From a virus (Duplodnaviria; Caudoviricetes): a stretch of DNA of 64,000 nucleotides. The notes beneath the pieces are model-generated. The model had not been told where the DNA came from. It was given only the letters and a program-made list of their open reading frames with translations, and ran no database searches. The position numbers and the translations under genes are program-made. The stretch covers positions 17,962 to 81,961 of IMG/VR virus record IMGVR_UViG_3300033121_002140; one strand, 5' to 3'. Shown one piece after another: positions 8,682-17,586 of the stretch (its first letter is position 1; each line of letters starts with the position of its first letter).

Positions 8682-9632
8682 ATGGTCGTCTATAAGGTGA
8701 CGCACCGCACAACGGGCTTGTGCTACGTCGGAAAGACGCGCGGTACGGTCGAGAGCAGGTGGCGGGCGCACGTCCGCGATGCGCGGCGGGGCTCGCGGAC
8801 GCGTTTCCACGCGGCCATCCGCGAGCACGACGCCGATGCTTTCGATGTCGAACAGGTCGAGCAGTGCGCCGACGCTGGCGAGCTCGACCGTGCGGAACGC
8901 AGATGGATCGAGCTGCTGGGGACGACGGATCCTGCGCGCGGCTTCAACAGCACGACGGGCGGACAGAACGGCGCGCTATGCGAGACGTCGAGACGCAAGA
9001 TCTCGGTCGCGCTATCGGGCAAGTCCAAGGACGAACGCCACCGCGCGCAGCTCTCCCACGCGCAGTCCCAAAAGACGGGGCCCCTGAACAGCTTCTTCGG
9101 TCGCACGCACTCGGAGGAGACGAAGCGACGCATCGCGGATTCGATGCGAGGTGAGCGCGGGCCCTGTTTCAATCGAACAGGAGAGCGCCACCCGATGTGG
9201 GGCACGCAGCACAGCGATGAGGCCCGCCAGAAGATGGCTGCGGCGCATGTAGGCAGGTCTCTCACCCACGAGCACGCGAGAAGCATCTCCGAGGGCCATG
9301 GTCGACGCAACGCTGCTCTGCACGAAAAACGGGCCAGGGCGCTTGAGCTCCTCGACGCAGGGCTGACACGACGGCAGGTGCGCGAGGAATTGGGCGTGAC
9401 GCTAGGGTTCATTTACGGCGCGACGTCGCGCCGTAACACTGCGCGTCGCGCCTCAGGCCTGCAGGCCAGCGGCGATGAACATGCGGGCGTTGTAGGGCCC
9501 GAAGCACCCGTCGAGCAGGGCCTGGGGAGGCACCCAGACGACCCTGCCGGCCTCGGTCGTCCGGATGGGCCCCCTGCAGTCGTGCCAGTCGGCCTCGAAG
9601 GTCGTGGTGACGAAGCCGTCGTGCTCCTCTGA
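8682..9632 (+). CDS. GIY-YIG homing endonuclease with NUMOD3 repeats and C-terminal HTH
   Basis: VYKVTHRTTGLCYVGKT...RW..H, FNSTTGG, HSEETKRRI, HSDEARQKM. Confidence 0.88.
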   Translation: MVVYKVTHRTTGLCYVGKTRGTVESRWRAHVRDARRGSRTRFHAAIREHDADAFDVEQVEQCADAGELDRAERRWIELLGTTDPARGFNSTTGGQNGALCETSRRKISVALSGKSKDERHRAQLSHAQSQKTGPLNSFFGRTHSEETKRRIADSMRGERGPCFNRTGERHPMWGTQHSDEARQKMAAAHVGRSLTHEHARSISEGHGRRNAALHEKRARALELLDAGLTRRQVREELGVTLGFIYGATSRRNTARRASGLQASGDEHAGVVGPEAPVEQGLGRHPDDPAGLGRPDGPPAVVPVGLEGRGDEAVVLL

Positions 9633-9923
9633 CTCATAGACGAACCGCAAGGCGCGCGGATCGACCGTGAGCCCAGTCTCCTCCAGCAGCTCGCGCGCGG
9701 CAGCCTCGGCCAGGTCTTCCCCGGGCTCCACCTTGCCGCCCGGACAGCCGAAGTCCGTGGGATCGTGCTTGCGTGAGACCGCGAGCACGCGGCCCATGTG
9801 CCTGATCAGCACGCAAGCCGCACGTTTTGACCCAGGTTCGTCGTTGCGATCTGTGACCTGCACGATGATCATCTCCTCCTCCAGGAGCCCCCGCACGGCG
9901 GCACGAAGGAGGTCTGACCTCAT
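9453..9923 (-). CDS. NUDIX hydrolase with N-terminal LRAAVRGLLEE tag
   Basis: Nudix box GGKVEPGEDLAEAAARELLEETGL. Confidence 0.92.
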   Translation of the reverse strand: MRSDLLRAAVRGLLEEEMIIVQVTDRNDEPGSKRAACVLIRHMGRVLAVSRKHDPTDFGCPGGKVEPGEDLAEAAARELLEETGLTVDPRALRFVYESEEHDGFVTTTFEADWHDCRGPIRTTEAGRVVWVPPQALLDGCFGPYNARMFIAAGLQA

Positions 9924-10315
9924 CGTGCGATTCCTCGGGTCATGTCCTCGCGGCGCGCCGCGAGCTCGCGCGTGACCTGGGTGGACAGGTCTGCTCGCAC
10001 CAGGCCGATCACGCGGCCGTTGTCTGCCAGGGGCTTGAAGCGCGGCGGCTGCCCGTCCGGAGCCTCCGTGACGTTCGCCTCGGTGGCCTCCAGCACGTCC
10101 TTGACCGCGTCCACCACGTCCTCGCAGACGACGGCCGCGAGCTTCTGCTTGACCACGACGCCCAGCAACGGGCACGCGATCTGCCCGGCTGCGTCGACCG
10201 CTGCTCCTGCCAGCACGGGGTCGACCCTACCGTCGACGCAGCCCTGCAGGGTGCCGCAGGCGAGCGCGACCGCGAAGAAGGCCGCGTGCGCGGCCAGCCA
10301 CCTCGAAAATCTCAT
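9920..10315 (-). CDS. Putative lipoprotein
   Basis: Basic N-terminus, hydrophobic stretch, lipobox-like LQGC. Confidence 0.55.
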   Translation of the reverse strand: MRFSRWLAAHAAFFAVALACGTLQGCVDGRVDPVLAGAAVDAAGQIACPLLGVVVKQKLAAVVCEDVVDAVKDVLEATEANVTEAPDGQPPRFKPLADNGRVIGLVRADLSTQVTRELAARREDMTRGIAR

Positions 10316-10334
10316 GTCGAAGACCTCCCATCGC

Positions 10335-10341
10335 TAGGTAT
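10335..10341 (-). promoter_or_regulatory. Putative late-promoter heptamer
   Basis: ATACCTA 19 nt before ATG 10315, with GGGAGG RBS in between. Confidence 0.55.
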
Positions 10342-10433
10342 GGGGCGGTGCCATGACGGCCACAGCACGGTCGCGATCAGGTACAGCAGCCTGCCTGCCT
10401 CACGCGGGCACCTGCCCTTTTCGCAGGACTGGC

Positions 10434-10748
10434 TCAAGTCGACTGGCCCAGGGCCTGGCCGAGCGAAAACCCGAGGTTGAAGCCCAGGCCAGATCCCAGG
10501 TCGCACGTCGCTGGGACGCAGGCATCATGCCGAGGACGCTGCACCGTGAACAGCGTCGTGTGCCCGCAGCCCAGGCACACGTGCTCGTACACGCCGTCGG
10601 GTAGGACGATCATGGACGGCGGCGTATGCCCGCTGTGGCGGCAGGGACTGGGACCGGGCAGGTCCCCCACACGACGAAGGCCTCCCGTGCGCCGTCGTCG
10701 GGCCTCCGCAAGCTTCTGCACAGAGATCCACGCATTGGTTGCCAACAT
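10434..10748 (-). CDS. Hypothetical Cys/His (Zn-binding-like) protein
   Basis: CRHSGHTPP...HVCLGCG. Confidence 0.55.
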   Translation of the reverse strand: MLATNAWISVQKLAEARRRRTGGLRRVGDLPGPSPCRHSGHTPPSMIVLPDGVYEHVCLGCGHTTLFTVQRPRHDACVPATCDLGSGLGFNLGFSLGQALGQST

Positions 10749-10754
10749 GGTACG

Positions 10755-10783
10755 AACCTACGCCTTTGGCGCGCACGCAGACA
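10755..10783 (-). promoter_or_regulatory. sigma70-type promoter, leaderless
   Basis: TGTCTG-N17-TAGGTT-N6-ATG. Confidence 0.6.
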
Positions 10784-10937
10784 CATCGCCGCGTGCGCGC
10801 CTGCGTGCCACGATCGACTTGGCCTCTTCCAGGCCCCAGTTGACCAGGCCCGTCGCCAGCGCGACCACGGCCGCGGTCAGGGCCGCGATGCCCACCTGAC
10901 GGCGCTCGTCGGGCGTCAACCCGGCATCGTGATGCAT
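10758..10937 (-). CDS. Small single-pass membrane protein
   Basis: GIAALTAAVVALATGLVNWGL hydrophobic helix. Confidence 0.45.
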   Translation of the reverse strand: MHHDAGLTPDERRQVGIAALTAAVVALATGLVNWGLEEAKSIVARRRARGDVSACAPKA

Positions 10938-10945
10938 GGGCACGA

Positions 10946-11365
10946 TCATCGTCGCTCGTCCGCAGCCTGCCAGGCGCGCCAATGCGGTTCCAGCACGGCC
11001 TCGTGCTTGCGCTCGAAGTCGCGCACGTCCTGCTGCCGGGCTTCATGACCGGGATCGAGCCGTGCTTGACGCTGCAGCCTCGCGTACTCGAAAAAAAGCA
11101 ACAGCGTCTTCGTCAGCGTCTCCTCCCTGCTCGGAGCAGGCGGGGGCGGAGGCCTCGGGATGCCCATGAGCTCGTGCTCCACGTAGCGACGCACGTCTCC
11201 AGGTCCGATCCCGTAGCCGCCCTCGTCCCAGTCAGTCACGCCCAGCAGCTCACCGCAGCCCAGGACCCACGACTTGCCCTCGGGCGACCTGAGCTTCACG
11301 TGCTGGCTCCCCACCGCAAATGCCCAGGTGCCTGAAGAAAGGACGAGGTCACGCATCTTCGCCAT
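10946..11365 (-). CDS. Hypothetical protein
   Basis: ORF with typical codon usage, overlapping the exonuclease 3' end. Confidence 0.55.
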   Translation of the reverse strand: MAKMRDLVLSSGTWAFAVGSQHVKLRSPEGKSWVLGCGELLGVTDWDEGGYGIGPGDVRRYVEHELMGIPRPPPPPAPSREETLTKTLLLFFEYARLQRQARLDPGHEARQQDVRDFERKHEAVLEPHWRAWQAADERR

Positions 11366-12230
11366 GTTCGACGTCGTTCCTGCCCCAGAGGGGCTCGAAA
11401 GTGGGAATGAGACGGTTGGACCAATACGGATCCGACGTGACCTTGTTCACGCCCAGGGCACGCAGCTCGGACCTCAGCCCTTCCCAGTCGCGGACCGGAC
11501 ATGACGACTCGACCGCGTCCAGCTCCTCCTCAGGCACCTCCGCCAGCTTGATGAGGTGAAAGTTGAGGGTCAATCTCTCCTTCCGGCCCTCCACCGCAAG
11601 GAAGCGCTCGAGCGCGTCCGGGGTCCGCACCAGCTCCAGGGCACGCTTCGGCCCGATGCCCTCGAACCCCCTCACGTTGTCGCCCTCGTCGCCCTTCAGC
11701 GCCTTCCACAGCACGTATGCGTCGCCTGCCAGCTCGTGCGTCAGGTAGTCGTCCTTGTGCGCGCTGAAGAGCCTGACGTTCGGTCGGTCCAGGAGCTGGA
11801 GGAAGTCTGTGTCGCTTGACACGACCGTGAAGTCGACGGCCGTCGAGGCGCGTGCGACCAACGTGTTGATCAGGTCATCGGCCTCGAACCTGGGATGGCG
11901 CATGACGGCCACAGGCATGAAGCGCCTGACCAGCTCCACAGCGTGGCTCGCGACGACCAACATGTCGTCGCGAGCCTGGGCCCGTCGCCGGCCCTCATCG
12001 TCCAGCGTGCTCGGGTCGACTCGACGGTTGGCCTTGTAGGCAGGAAAGAGGGCAAGCCTGTCGACAGGCTTGCCCTCGAACACCATGACCACGCGCGTGG
12101 GTGCCAGGCGCTCCACGGTCGCACGCAGGCACGTGAAGAGCGACGCCAGCGGCATGCCTGAGCCGCAGGCCCGGTGCAGGTAATTCAGCCCGTCGATGAT
12201 GACTGTGTGAGGTCGGGATCGCAGGCTCAT
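11349..12230 (-). CDS. 5'-3' exonuclease / flap endonuclease (Pol I N-terminal, T4 RNase H-like)
   Basis: IDGLNYLHRA, VFEG, YKANR, EADD, SSDTDFLQL, GDEGDNVRGFEGIGPKRA. Confidence 0.95.
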   Translation of the reverse strand: MSLRSRPHTVIIDGLNYLHRACGSGMPLASLFTCLRATVERLAPTRVVMVFEGKPVDRLALFPAYKANRRVDPSTLDDEGRRRAQARDDMLVVASHAVELVRRFMPVAVMRHPRFEADDLINTLVARASTAVDFTVVSSDTDFLQLLDRPNVRLFSAHKDDYLTHELAGDAYVLWKALKGDEGDNVRGFEGIGPKRALELVRTPDALERFLAVEGRKERLTLNFHLIKLAEVPEEELDAVESSCPVRDWEGLRSELRALGVNKVTSDPYWSNRLIPTFEPLWGRNDVEHGEDA

Positions 12231-12236
12231 GCCTGC

Positions 12237-12265
12237 ATGCTACCAGGTCCAGGCCCCAGGGAACA
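12237..12265 (-). promoter_or_regulatory. sigma70-type promoter, leaderless
   Basis: TGTTCC-N17-TAGCAT-N6-ATG. Confidence 0.65.
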
Positions 12266-12287
12266 CTGGAACCTCACGGCATGGGCG

Positions 12288-12533
12288 TCAGGAGCCGCAA
12301 CCGGCGTCCGGCCCGTCGACCGTCGTGGTCGTGCTGGGGCCCTCGGCCTGGTCTTCTTCCATCGGATCGACGCAGTCGTCGAACATCCCGTCGTCGCCTC
12401 CGCCTCCTGCTCCGCCCACGCAGGACGCCCACTGCGTCCCGACGTCGTCATCGACCAACGTCCAGCCCCGGGCACAGCCGATGAAACCGAGCGCACACAG
12501 CACCACCGTGACGCACAGACGAGTCGTGGTCAT
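12288..12533 (-). CDS. Small putative lipoprotein downstream of endolysin
   Basis: MTTTRLCVTVVLCALGFIGC signal/lipobox-like; Gly/Asp-rich tail. Confidence 0.5.
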   Translation of the reverse strand: MTTTRLCVTVVLCALGFIGCARGWTLVDDDVGTQWASCVGGAGGGGDDGMFDDCVDPMEEDQAEGPSTTTTVDGPDAGCGS

Positions 12534-12635
12534 GTGTCTTCTCCCTGTCCCTGGAACGGACTCAGCGCCCGCCCAGAACAAGGACCATACCACGCTCTTT
12601 ACCGGCAAAACACAGCTAGATCGCAGGCGGTCGAG

Positions 12636-13370
12636 TCACACCCTCGTGAGCTCGAAGTGCATCGGGTCGGGCCTACTCGCGAAGTGGGAGCCCGAGAACC
12701 AACCCAGCCTGTTCGCGATCGGAATGAGCTCGGCCACAGAGCCCGGGGCCCAGGGCGGCACGCCCTGGCGCCCCATCGGGTTCCAAGCCGCGTTGATGTC
12801 GAAGGCAGTGCCCCAGGCATGGTTCGACAGCAGGCTCGTGGACCCACGGACGAACCTGGGGGCCCACATGCCTGCCCACGACAGCACCTTCCCACGCAGG
12901 CCCGCGGCCTCCCAGGCCGCGAACAGCTCCAGGAGCCGCGGACCCACGAGCCTGTGGCACATGACGGCGCCGTCATGTGCCGCGCCGTCGACCCCCACGA
13001 GCTGCGGCACCCTCACCACGACGATGTTCTGGGCAGGCCACGGCCCGACGATCCTGATCCCGCCTGGGTTCGAGGCAGACGGCGCGGACTCGTATGCGAA
13101 CTCCCCGAAGAGCGCCCGGCGTGCCTCGTCCGAGAGAGGGCCGAACCCGGGGGCCGCGGGCCAGGACCAGCCCGGGGCCGATCGTGTCTTTGGACCCACG
13201 ACGCCGTCTGGCTCAAGGCCGTGCCTACGCTGGAACGCCTGCGTCGCGGCCCTCGTGACGGGTCCAAACACTCCGTCGACAACGAGCGCTGCGCCCTCGT
13301 GCCTGAGCCGCTCCTGCCACGTCCGCACGTCGTCGCCGATGACGCCTTCTTTCAACAAGCGCACGGTCAT
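12636..13370 (-). CDS. Endolysin: peptidoglycan-binding domain plus M15-type peptidase
   Basis: DVRTWQERL...VDGVFGPVTRAATQAFQRRHGLEPDGVVGPKT; LSNHAWGTAFDIN; DPMHFE. Confidence 0.92.
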   Translation of the reverse strand: MTVRLLKEGVIGDDVRTWQERLRHEGAALVVDGVFGPVTRAATQAFQRRHGLEPDGVVGPKTRSAPGWSWPAAPGFGPLSDEARRALFGEFAYESAPSASNPGGIRIVGPWPAQNIVVVRVPQLVGVDGAAHDGAVMCHRLVGPRLLELFAAWEAAGLRGKVLSWAGMWAPRFVRGSTSLLSNHAWGTAFDINAAWNPMGRQGVPPWAPGSVAELIPIANRLGWFSGSHFASRPDPMHFELTRV

Positions 13371-13376
13371 AGCTAT
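13370..13376 (-). promoter_or_regulatory. Putative late-promoter heptamer
   Basis: ATAGCTA whose last A is the A of the endolysin ATG. Confidence 0.6.
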
Positions 13377-13396
13377 GCGCCGATCGTCGGTCGTCC

Positions 13397-14806
13397 TCAC
13401 GTTCGCCTGAGCGGATAGACCTTCCTGAGCCGGCGGACGTCTGGACTGCGCTCTGCCCTCACGTCTGTGACGTCGAAGGCCGCAGCCCGCGACGTCGTTT
13501 GGCCTGACGCGTCCACAGCCGCCACCGCCAGCGTGAATGTCCTCGACGTCCACCCAGGTTGGTCATGGACCACGGCATAGCGCCTGCCTGCTGACAACGC
13601 GGAGCTCGTGCTGCTCACGTCGAATTGGTCGCCGAAGACAGAGCCCGAGAACACCATGACCGTGCTGCCGTCGGCCAGCGCGGCAGTGCAGATGGCCGAC
13701 TCGAGCCCGGCCGACGCCGTGACGTCGATGGTGATCTGCGCGCCTCGCCCGATCGCCCCGCCGTTGGGCGAGAAAGACACATAGGGCGGCGTGCCCGCGA
13801 CGAAGTCAGTGACATGGTACGCAGAGTGCGCACGTGCCACGGCACCGCTGACGTTGGTGGCGATCGCGTCGATCGCCACCAACGACGCGAACCAGCCCGA
13901 GTCAGGCTTGATCGTGAAGCGTGAGCCGCCCGCCACAGACGTGGTCGACGAACCCGTCGTGAACCTGCCCACGAAGCCTGTGCCATCCCAGGCCAGCAAC
14001 GAATCAGCGGACCCGCTCGAGATCCAGATCGCTGAGCACGAGACAGGAAACGTCCCGCTCATGACAATCGTGACGTCGACGGAGTCGGCAACCAGCCTGC
14101 TGCTACCAGACGAGGGCATGAACGTGATGGAGGGAGCCGGCCCCACTGACCCCGTGGCGCCTCCGCCCGATCCGGTGCCCGCTGTCAGCGCGGCATCGAT
14201 GCTGGTCATCATGGCCTCGAAGTTCCTGACGAACGCCAGCCCGCTGCCGTAGGTGAACCCTGTCTCAGGTAGGCCCGTGGCGCTCGCAGCAAGAAGAGCA
14301 GGGCTCGTGCCGATGCCGCCTGAGATGGGCTGGTACATGACGCTGACGTCGGGCTCAGGGTAGCCTGAGTTCGTGGTGTAGACGTAGAACGCCCAGGGCG
14401 ATGACGTCTGCACGCCTGAGACCACGTCATAGGGCCCGCCCAAGAAGATGCCGCTCGAGACCAACGTCTCCTCATCAGAGGCGGACGGACGCGTCGTCGC
14501 CCCGCCGCCGGTGAAACCCGAGGCAGGTGATCGCGAGATGTACCACGTGGTATTGTCGCCGCCGCCACCACGTTGGAACAGCCATTGAACGACACCGCTT
14601 GGATCCCTAAGAACGGCCCAGGCAAAATCGTTGTCCCACCCGCCGGCTCCTGCGTTGCCGCTCGTGATCTGGTCGCCGCTCGCGTTGAACGTGGTGCCGT
14701 CGCTTGACTGCGTCACAGTCCACGAGCCGGACTTCAATCGGGTCTTGTGGTAGTAGAAGACCTCAGGCGGGGTCGTGACTGTCGTGGTGCCGACGTCGAT
14801 CGCCAT
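13397..14806 (-). CDS. Putative virion structural/tail-associated protein with two internal beta-rich repeats
   Basis: Gly/Ser/Thr-rich; repeats begin PSITFMPSSG and PYVSFSPNGG. Confidence 0.5.
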   Translation of the reverse strand: MAIDVGTTTVTTPPEVFYYHKTRLKSGSWTVTQSSDGTTFNASGDQITSGNAGAGGWDNDFAWAVLRDPSGVVQWLFQRGGGGDNTTWYISRSPASGFTGGGATTRPSASDEETLVSSGIFLGGPYDVVSGVQTSSPWAFYVYTTNSGYPEPDVSVMYQPISGGIGTSPALLAASATGLPETGFTYGSGLAFVRNFEAMMTSIDAALTAGTGSGGGATGSVGPAPSITFMPSSGSSRLVADSVDVTIVMSGTFPVSCSAIWISSGSADSLLAWDGTGFVGRFTTGSSTTSVAGGSRFTIKPDSGWFASLVAIDAIATNVSGAVARAHSAYHVTDFVAGTPPYVSFSPNGGAIGRGAQITIDVTASAGLESAICTAALADGSTVMVFSGSVFGDQFDVSSTSSALSAGRRYAVVHDQPGWTSRTFTLAVAAVDASGQTTSRAAAFDVTDVRAERSPDVRRLRKVYPLRRT

Positions 14807-14821
14807 CGTGGATCGGCTCTC

Positions 14822-15061
14822 TTACATGCCTGCCACGAGGGCCTGGACCGCGAGCCCCACCCGCGTCCTGAGCTCTGCTGGCAGCGCGCTCAGGAGCACG
14901 TAGGTCTCCGGGTGCTGCGCGCTGGCCGGCACGCCCTCGACCATGCCTCCCCGCGCGCTCGTGACGATGGCACGGATCACGAGCGGCGCCGGCCCAGGGC
15001 GGACAGCGGCCATGGGTGCCATGAGGTCCACTCGCTGCATCTGTTGGTTCTGCTGGCCCAT
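14822..15061 (-). CDS. Small hypothetical protein
   Basis: ORF with AGGGAGGG RBS. Confidence 0.5.
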   Translation of the reverse strand: MGQQNQQMQRVDLMAPMAAVRPGPAPLVIRAIVTSARGGMVEGVPASAQHPETYVLLSALPAELRTRVGLAVQALVAGM

Positions 15062-15083
15062 CTTCGTTCCCTCCCTTGCGTCC

Positions 15084-15278
15084 TCAGCCCTTCAGGAGCT
15101 GAACTCCTTTGCCCTCGGTCAGCGCGGCCTGCGAGGCCTGCAGTTTCTGCGCATAGTAGGCACGGTCCTGCTCCATCTGTGCGATCTGTCCGTCTGTGCC
15201 GCCGTTGGCTCTGAGCACAGCCAGCGCTTCATCCAAGAGGACGATCTGCTTGTGAAGCATTTCAGACGTTGCTGACAT
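15084..15278 (-). CDS. Small hypothetical protein
   Basis: MSATSEMLHKQ... with GAGAGGG RBS, directly after the tmRNA. Confidence 0.55.
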   Translation of the reverse strand: MSATSEMLHKQIVLLDEALAVLRANGGTDGQIAQMEQDRAYYAQKLQASQAALTEGKGVQLLKG

Positions 15279-15300
15279 TGTTTCCCTCTCTGTTCGAAAC

Positions 15301-15662
15301 TGGTGGAGCTGCCCGGTACTGCCCCGGGGTCCAAGAGTCAATCAGTCACATCCTCGTCCACGTGCATGGTCGCAGCATCCCCTGCGACTGGGCCCGCGGT
15401 TTCGGCCGCGGCCTATCCCTCGCTGATCTCGACCACGCTATCGAGGACGTCCTCGCGTGATCCAGCCCTGTGGTTCATGCCCGTGCGCGAATACCAGGAC
15501 GATCTCTCCGCCGGACAGCTCAGGCAGCGATCCTACGGATATGCGCCGGAGCAGCAGTGCTGTTGTCGTTCGCAGCTGATTCTTCCCGATTGGTCATGGC
15601 GGATCAGGAGCCGCCCGCACGCAGATGCGCCTTTCTTCCCCTGTCGAGTCTATGTCAGCCCC
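15301..15662 (-). ncRNA. ssrA: tmRNA, tag (A)ANDNSTAAPAHIRRIAA*
   Basis: 5' GGGGCTGACATAGACTCGAC; 3' GACCCCGG-GGCAGTA-CCGGG-CAGCTCCACCA; acceptor stem GGGGCUG/CAGCUCC with G3:U wobble; encoded CCA; tag ORF 15573-15520. Confidence 0.95.
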
Positions 15663-15672
15663 AGACACGGTA

Positions 15673-15701
15673 GATATAGCACCCCCGTGCGTGCGTTTAC
15701 A
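15673..15701 (-). promoter_or_regulatory. sigma70-type promoter of tmRNA
   Basis: TGTAAA-N17-TATATC, 10 nt before the mature 5' end. Confidence 0.55.
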
Positions 15702-16356
15702 CCTGGGCAGGGCCCGCGTGATGGGCACGACCGCGGCGGCGCGCACGGCGACGAGGCATGGCCGGCATCACGGGCTCGGGCGGGCGACGCCGCGGATACT
15801 CTCGGACGGGCTCGTCGTCGCCGAACGGGTCGAGGTCCACCTCGACCATCGCGTCGTCCGCCAGCTGGCCCACCTCGATGCTCTCCTGGGCTTGACCCTC
15901 CTGGGCCTGCTGGTCGATCCCTGCATGCTGATCGCGTAGAGCGTCGATCTTCAGCTGCTGCCCCCTGAGGTAGCGCCTGCGCAGCTCCTGCGTGATGATG
16001 TCATGCTCTTGGTCGCGGCCCTCGGCGAGCGCCGCCGAGATCAGCTCTGTGAGAGGCCGGGTCCGTCTGTTGCGCGCCAGAGCCGCCGTGACCTGCATGC
16101 TCAGCAGCAACCGTGCCTTGATCCGAGACAGGGCCTGGGACAGGGGAACGGACGGATCGTCCTCGTCCGAGCACTCGAGCGATCCGCACGGCTTGTCGTC
16201 CATGCGCTGCACGAGCAGCGCATACAGCGCAAGCACCTCATCCGGGGTGAACCTCACCTCGATCGTGCCAGGCCAGTGTCCGGCACGCTTGTCGCAGCAG
16301 CCCCCGTCCGAGTCCATCTTTTCTTCCATCACCACGTGCACCTTTCGATCCGACAT
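15697..16356 (-). CDS. Hypothetical protein
   Basis: 219-aa ORF in gene-dense minus-strand run. Confidence 0.6.
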   Translation of the reverse strand: MSDRKVHVVMEEKMDSDGGCCDKRAGHWPGTIEVRFTPDEVLALYALLVQRMDDKPCGSLECSDEDDPSVPLSQALSRIKARLLLSMQVTAALARNRRTRPLTELISAALAEGRDQEHDIITQELRRRYLRGQQLKIDALRDQHAGIDQQAQEGQAQESIEVGQLADDAMVEVDLDPFGDDEPVREYPRRRPPEPVMPAMPRRRARRRGRAHHAGPAQV

Positions 16357-16373
16357 TTGGTTGGCCCTTCCTC

Positions 16374-16814
16374 TCAGGATCCGGTCGGGCCCTTGATCCT
16401 TGCCTTGACGACTGCGCCGTCCGGCAGCTGCATCAGGGTCGTGCCCTGTGTGCCCTGCTCCAGCAGCACTGCTTCCTCATGCTTGGGTGGCTGTTCGTTC
16501 TCTGCGCCAGGAAACGCGCGGCGCGAGGCCTCCACCGCGCGCTCGACCAGCGCATCCACCGCAGCGACTGCTCGCTGCCGCAGCGCCTGCTGGAGCTTCG
16601 TGCTGCTGTCGAAGGCCTCGTGCACTGCTGGATCGAGCTCGAACCTGGACCCATCCTCGACCGCGCTGAGCTGCGCTGTGTACACGGTACGTGTGCCCCC
16701 GCCCAGGACCGTGCGCCTGTTCTCCTCGATCACCTGGACCGCGACCACGTCCTGCTCTTGGAGCAGGACGAGGAACAGCACCTGGCCCACCGAGAACTGC
16801 CAGTCCTGCGTCAT
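16374..16814 (-). CDS. Hypothetical protein
   Basis: MTQDWQFSVGQVLFLV...; ATGA coupling. Confidence 0.65.
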   Translation of the reverse strand: MTQDWQFSVGQVLFLVLLQEQDVVAVQVIEENRRTVLGGGTRTVYTAQLSAVEDGSRFELDPAVHEAFDSSTKLQQALRQRAVAAVDALVERAVEASRRAFPGAENEQPPKHEEAVLLEQGTQGTTLMQLPDGAVVKARIKGPTGS

Positions 16815-17272
16815 CGGGACCTCTTCTTGGAGGAAGAAGGCGTCTCTGGGCTGGGCTCAGCCTGCTCCAGGACGACGTCGAGGAACGCGCTCGGATCCGG
16901 GGGCGCCCCCGGATCCGCCTCCTGCCCGGCGGCATCGAAGCGCTGGACTGCGAGCTCGGGCATGGGCACCGACGTGGGCACGACCACGAAGTCAGGGGCC
17001 GCATCACCCAGCGGGACTCCCAGCTCCACGCACACCTGCTGTAGCTTGTGCCAGAGCCTGGACTCCACGATCGACCTGCCAGTGGCAGTGGCGAGGGACT
17101 GGCTCACGGTCCGTGAGCCGTCCGGCGGCAGCACGATCCCGAACAGGTCCCTCATGTGGACGGCGTCCGCCGCCGTGAGCCTGAGGCTCGCGACAGGCCT
17201 GGGCCTGGTGTCGACGTGCTCAGGCCGCGTCTTCCTGCGGTCGGAGGCCTTTCTTTTCCTCGAGGTCGCCAT
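16811..17272 (-). CDS. Hypothetical protein
   Basis: MATSRKRKASD...; start uncertain. Confidence 0.6.
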   Translation of the reverse strand: MATSRKRKASDRRKTRPEHVDTRPRPVASLRLTAADAVHMRDLFGIVLPPDGSRTVSQSLATATGRSIVESRLWHKLQQVCVELGVPLGDAAPDFVVVPTSVPMPELAVQRFDAAGQEADPGAPPDPSAFLDVVLEQAEPSPETPSSSKKRSR

Positions 17273-17307
17273 CGCTCTTGATCCTACTGGGCCCGCGGCC
17301 CGACGGA

Positions 17308-17586
17308 TCACTCCTCGGGGCCTTGAAGGGCCTCGCGGAACGTGTCGGCCGCGTCCCTGTGCGCGATCTCGCTCTCGATCTTCAGGATCCGCATGACGCT
17401 CTTCAGGGTCTTCAGGTCCACCTTCTCGGCGAACTCGTCGTCCAGGGTCCGCATGTCCTCCCTGATGCCGTCGATCTGGCCCTCGAGCATGTCGCGCCGC
17501 TCGACGTACTCCTTGACGGCCTTCTTGAGCTCATCGAGCTCCGCTGGGTCCATCGCCTCGATCTTGTTCACAGCACACTTGGCCAC
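17308..17586 (-). CDS. DUF2312/GapR- or T4 DsbA-like small dsDNA-binding protein
   Basis: ELKKAVKEYVERRDMLEGQIDGIREDMRTL...VDLKTLKSVMRILK. Confidence 0.6.
   Translation of the reverse strand: MAKCAVNKIEAMDPAELDELKKAVKEYVERRDMLEGQIDGIREDMRTLDDEFAEKVDLKTLKSVMRILKIESEIAHRDAADTFREALQGPEE

Noticed and set aside
15269-15968. Protein-coding ORFs 15269-15460, 15303-15968 and 15470-15673
   Set aside because: They overlap the tmRNA on the opposite strand; the RNA explains the region
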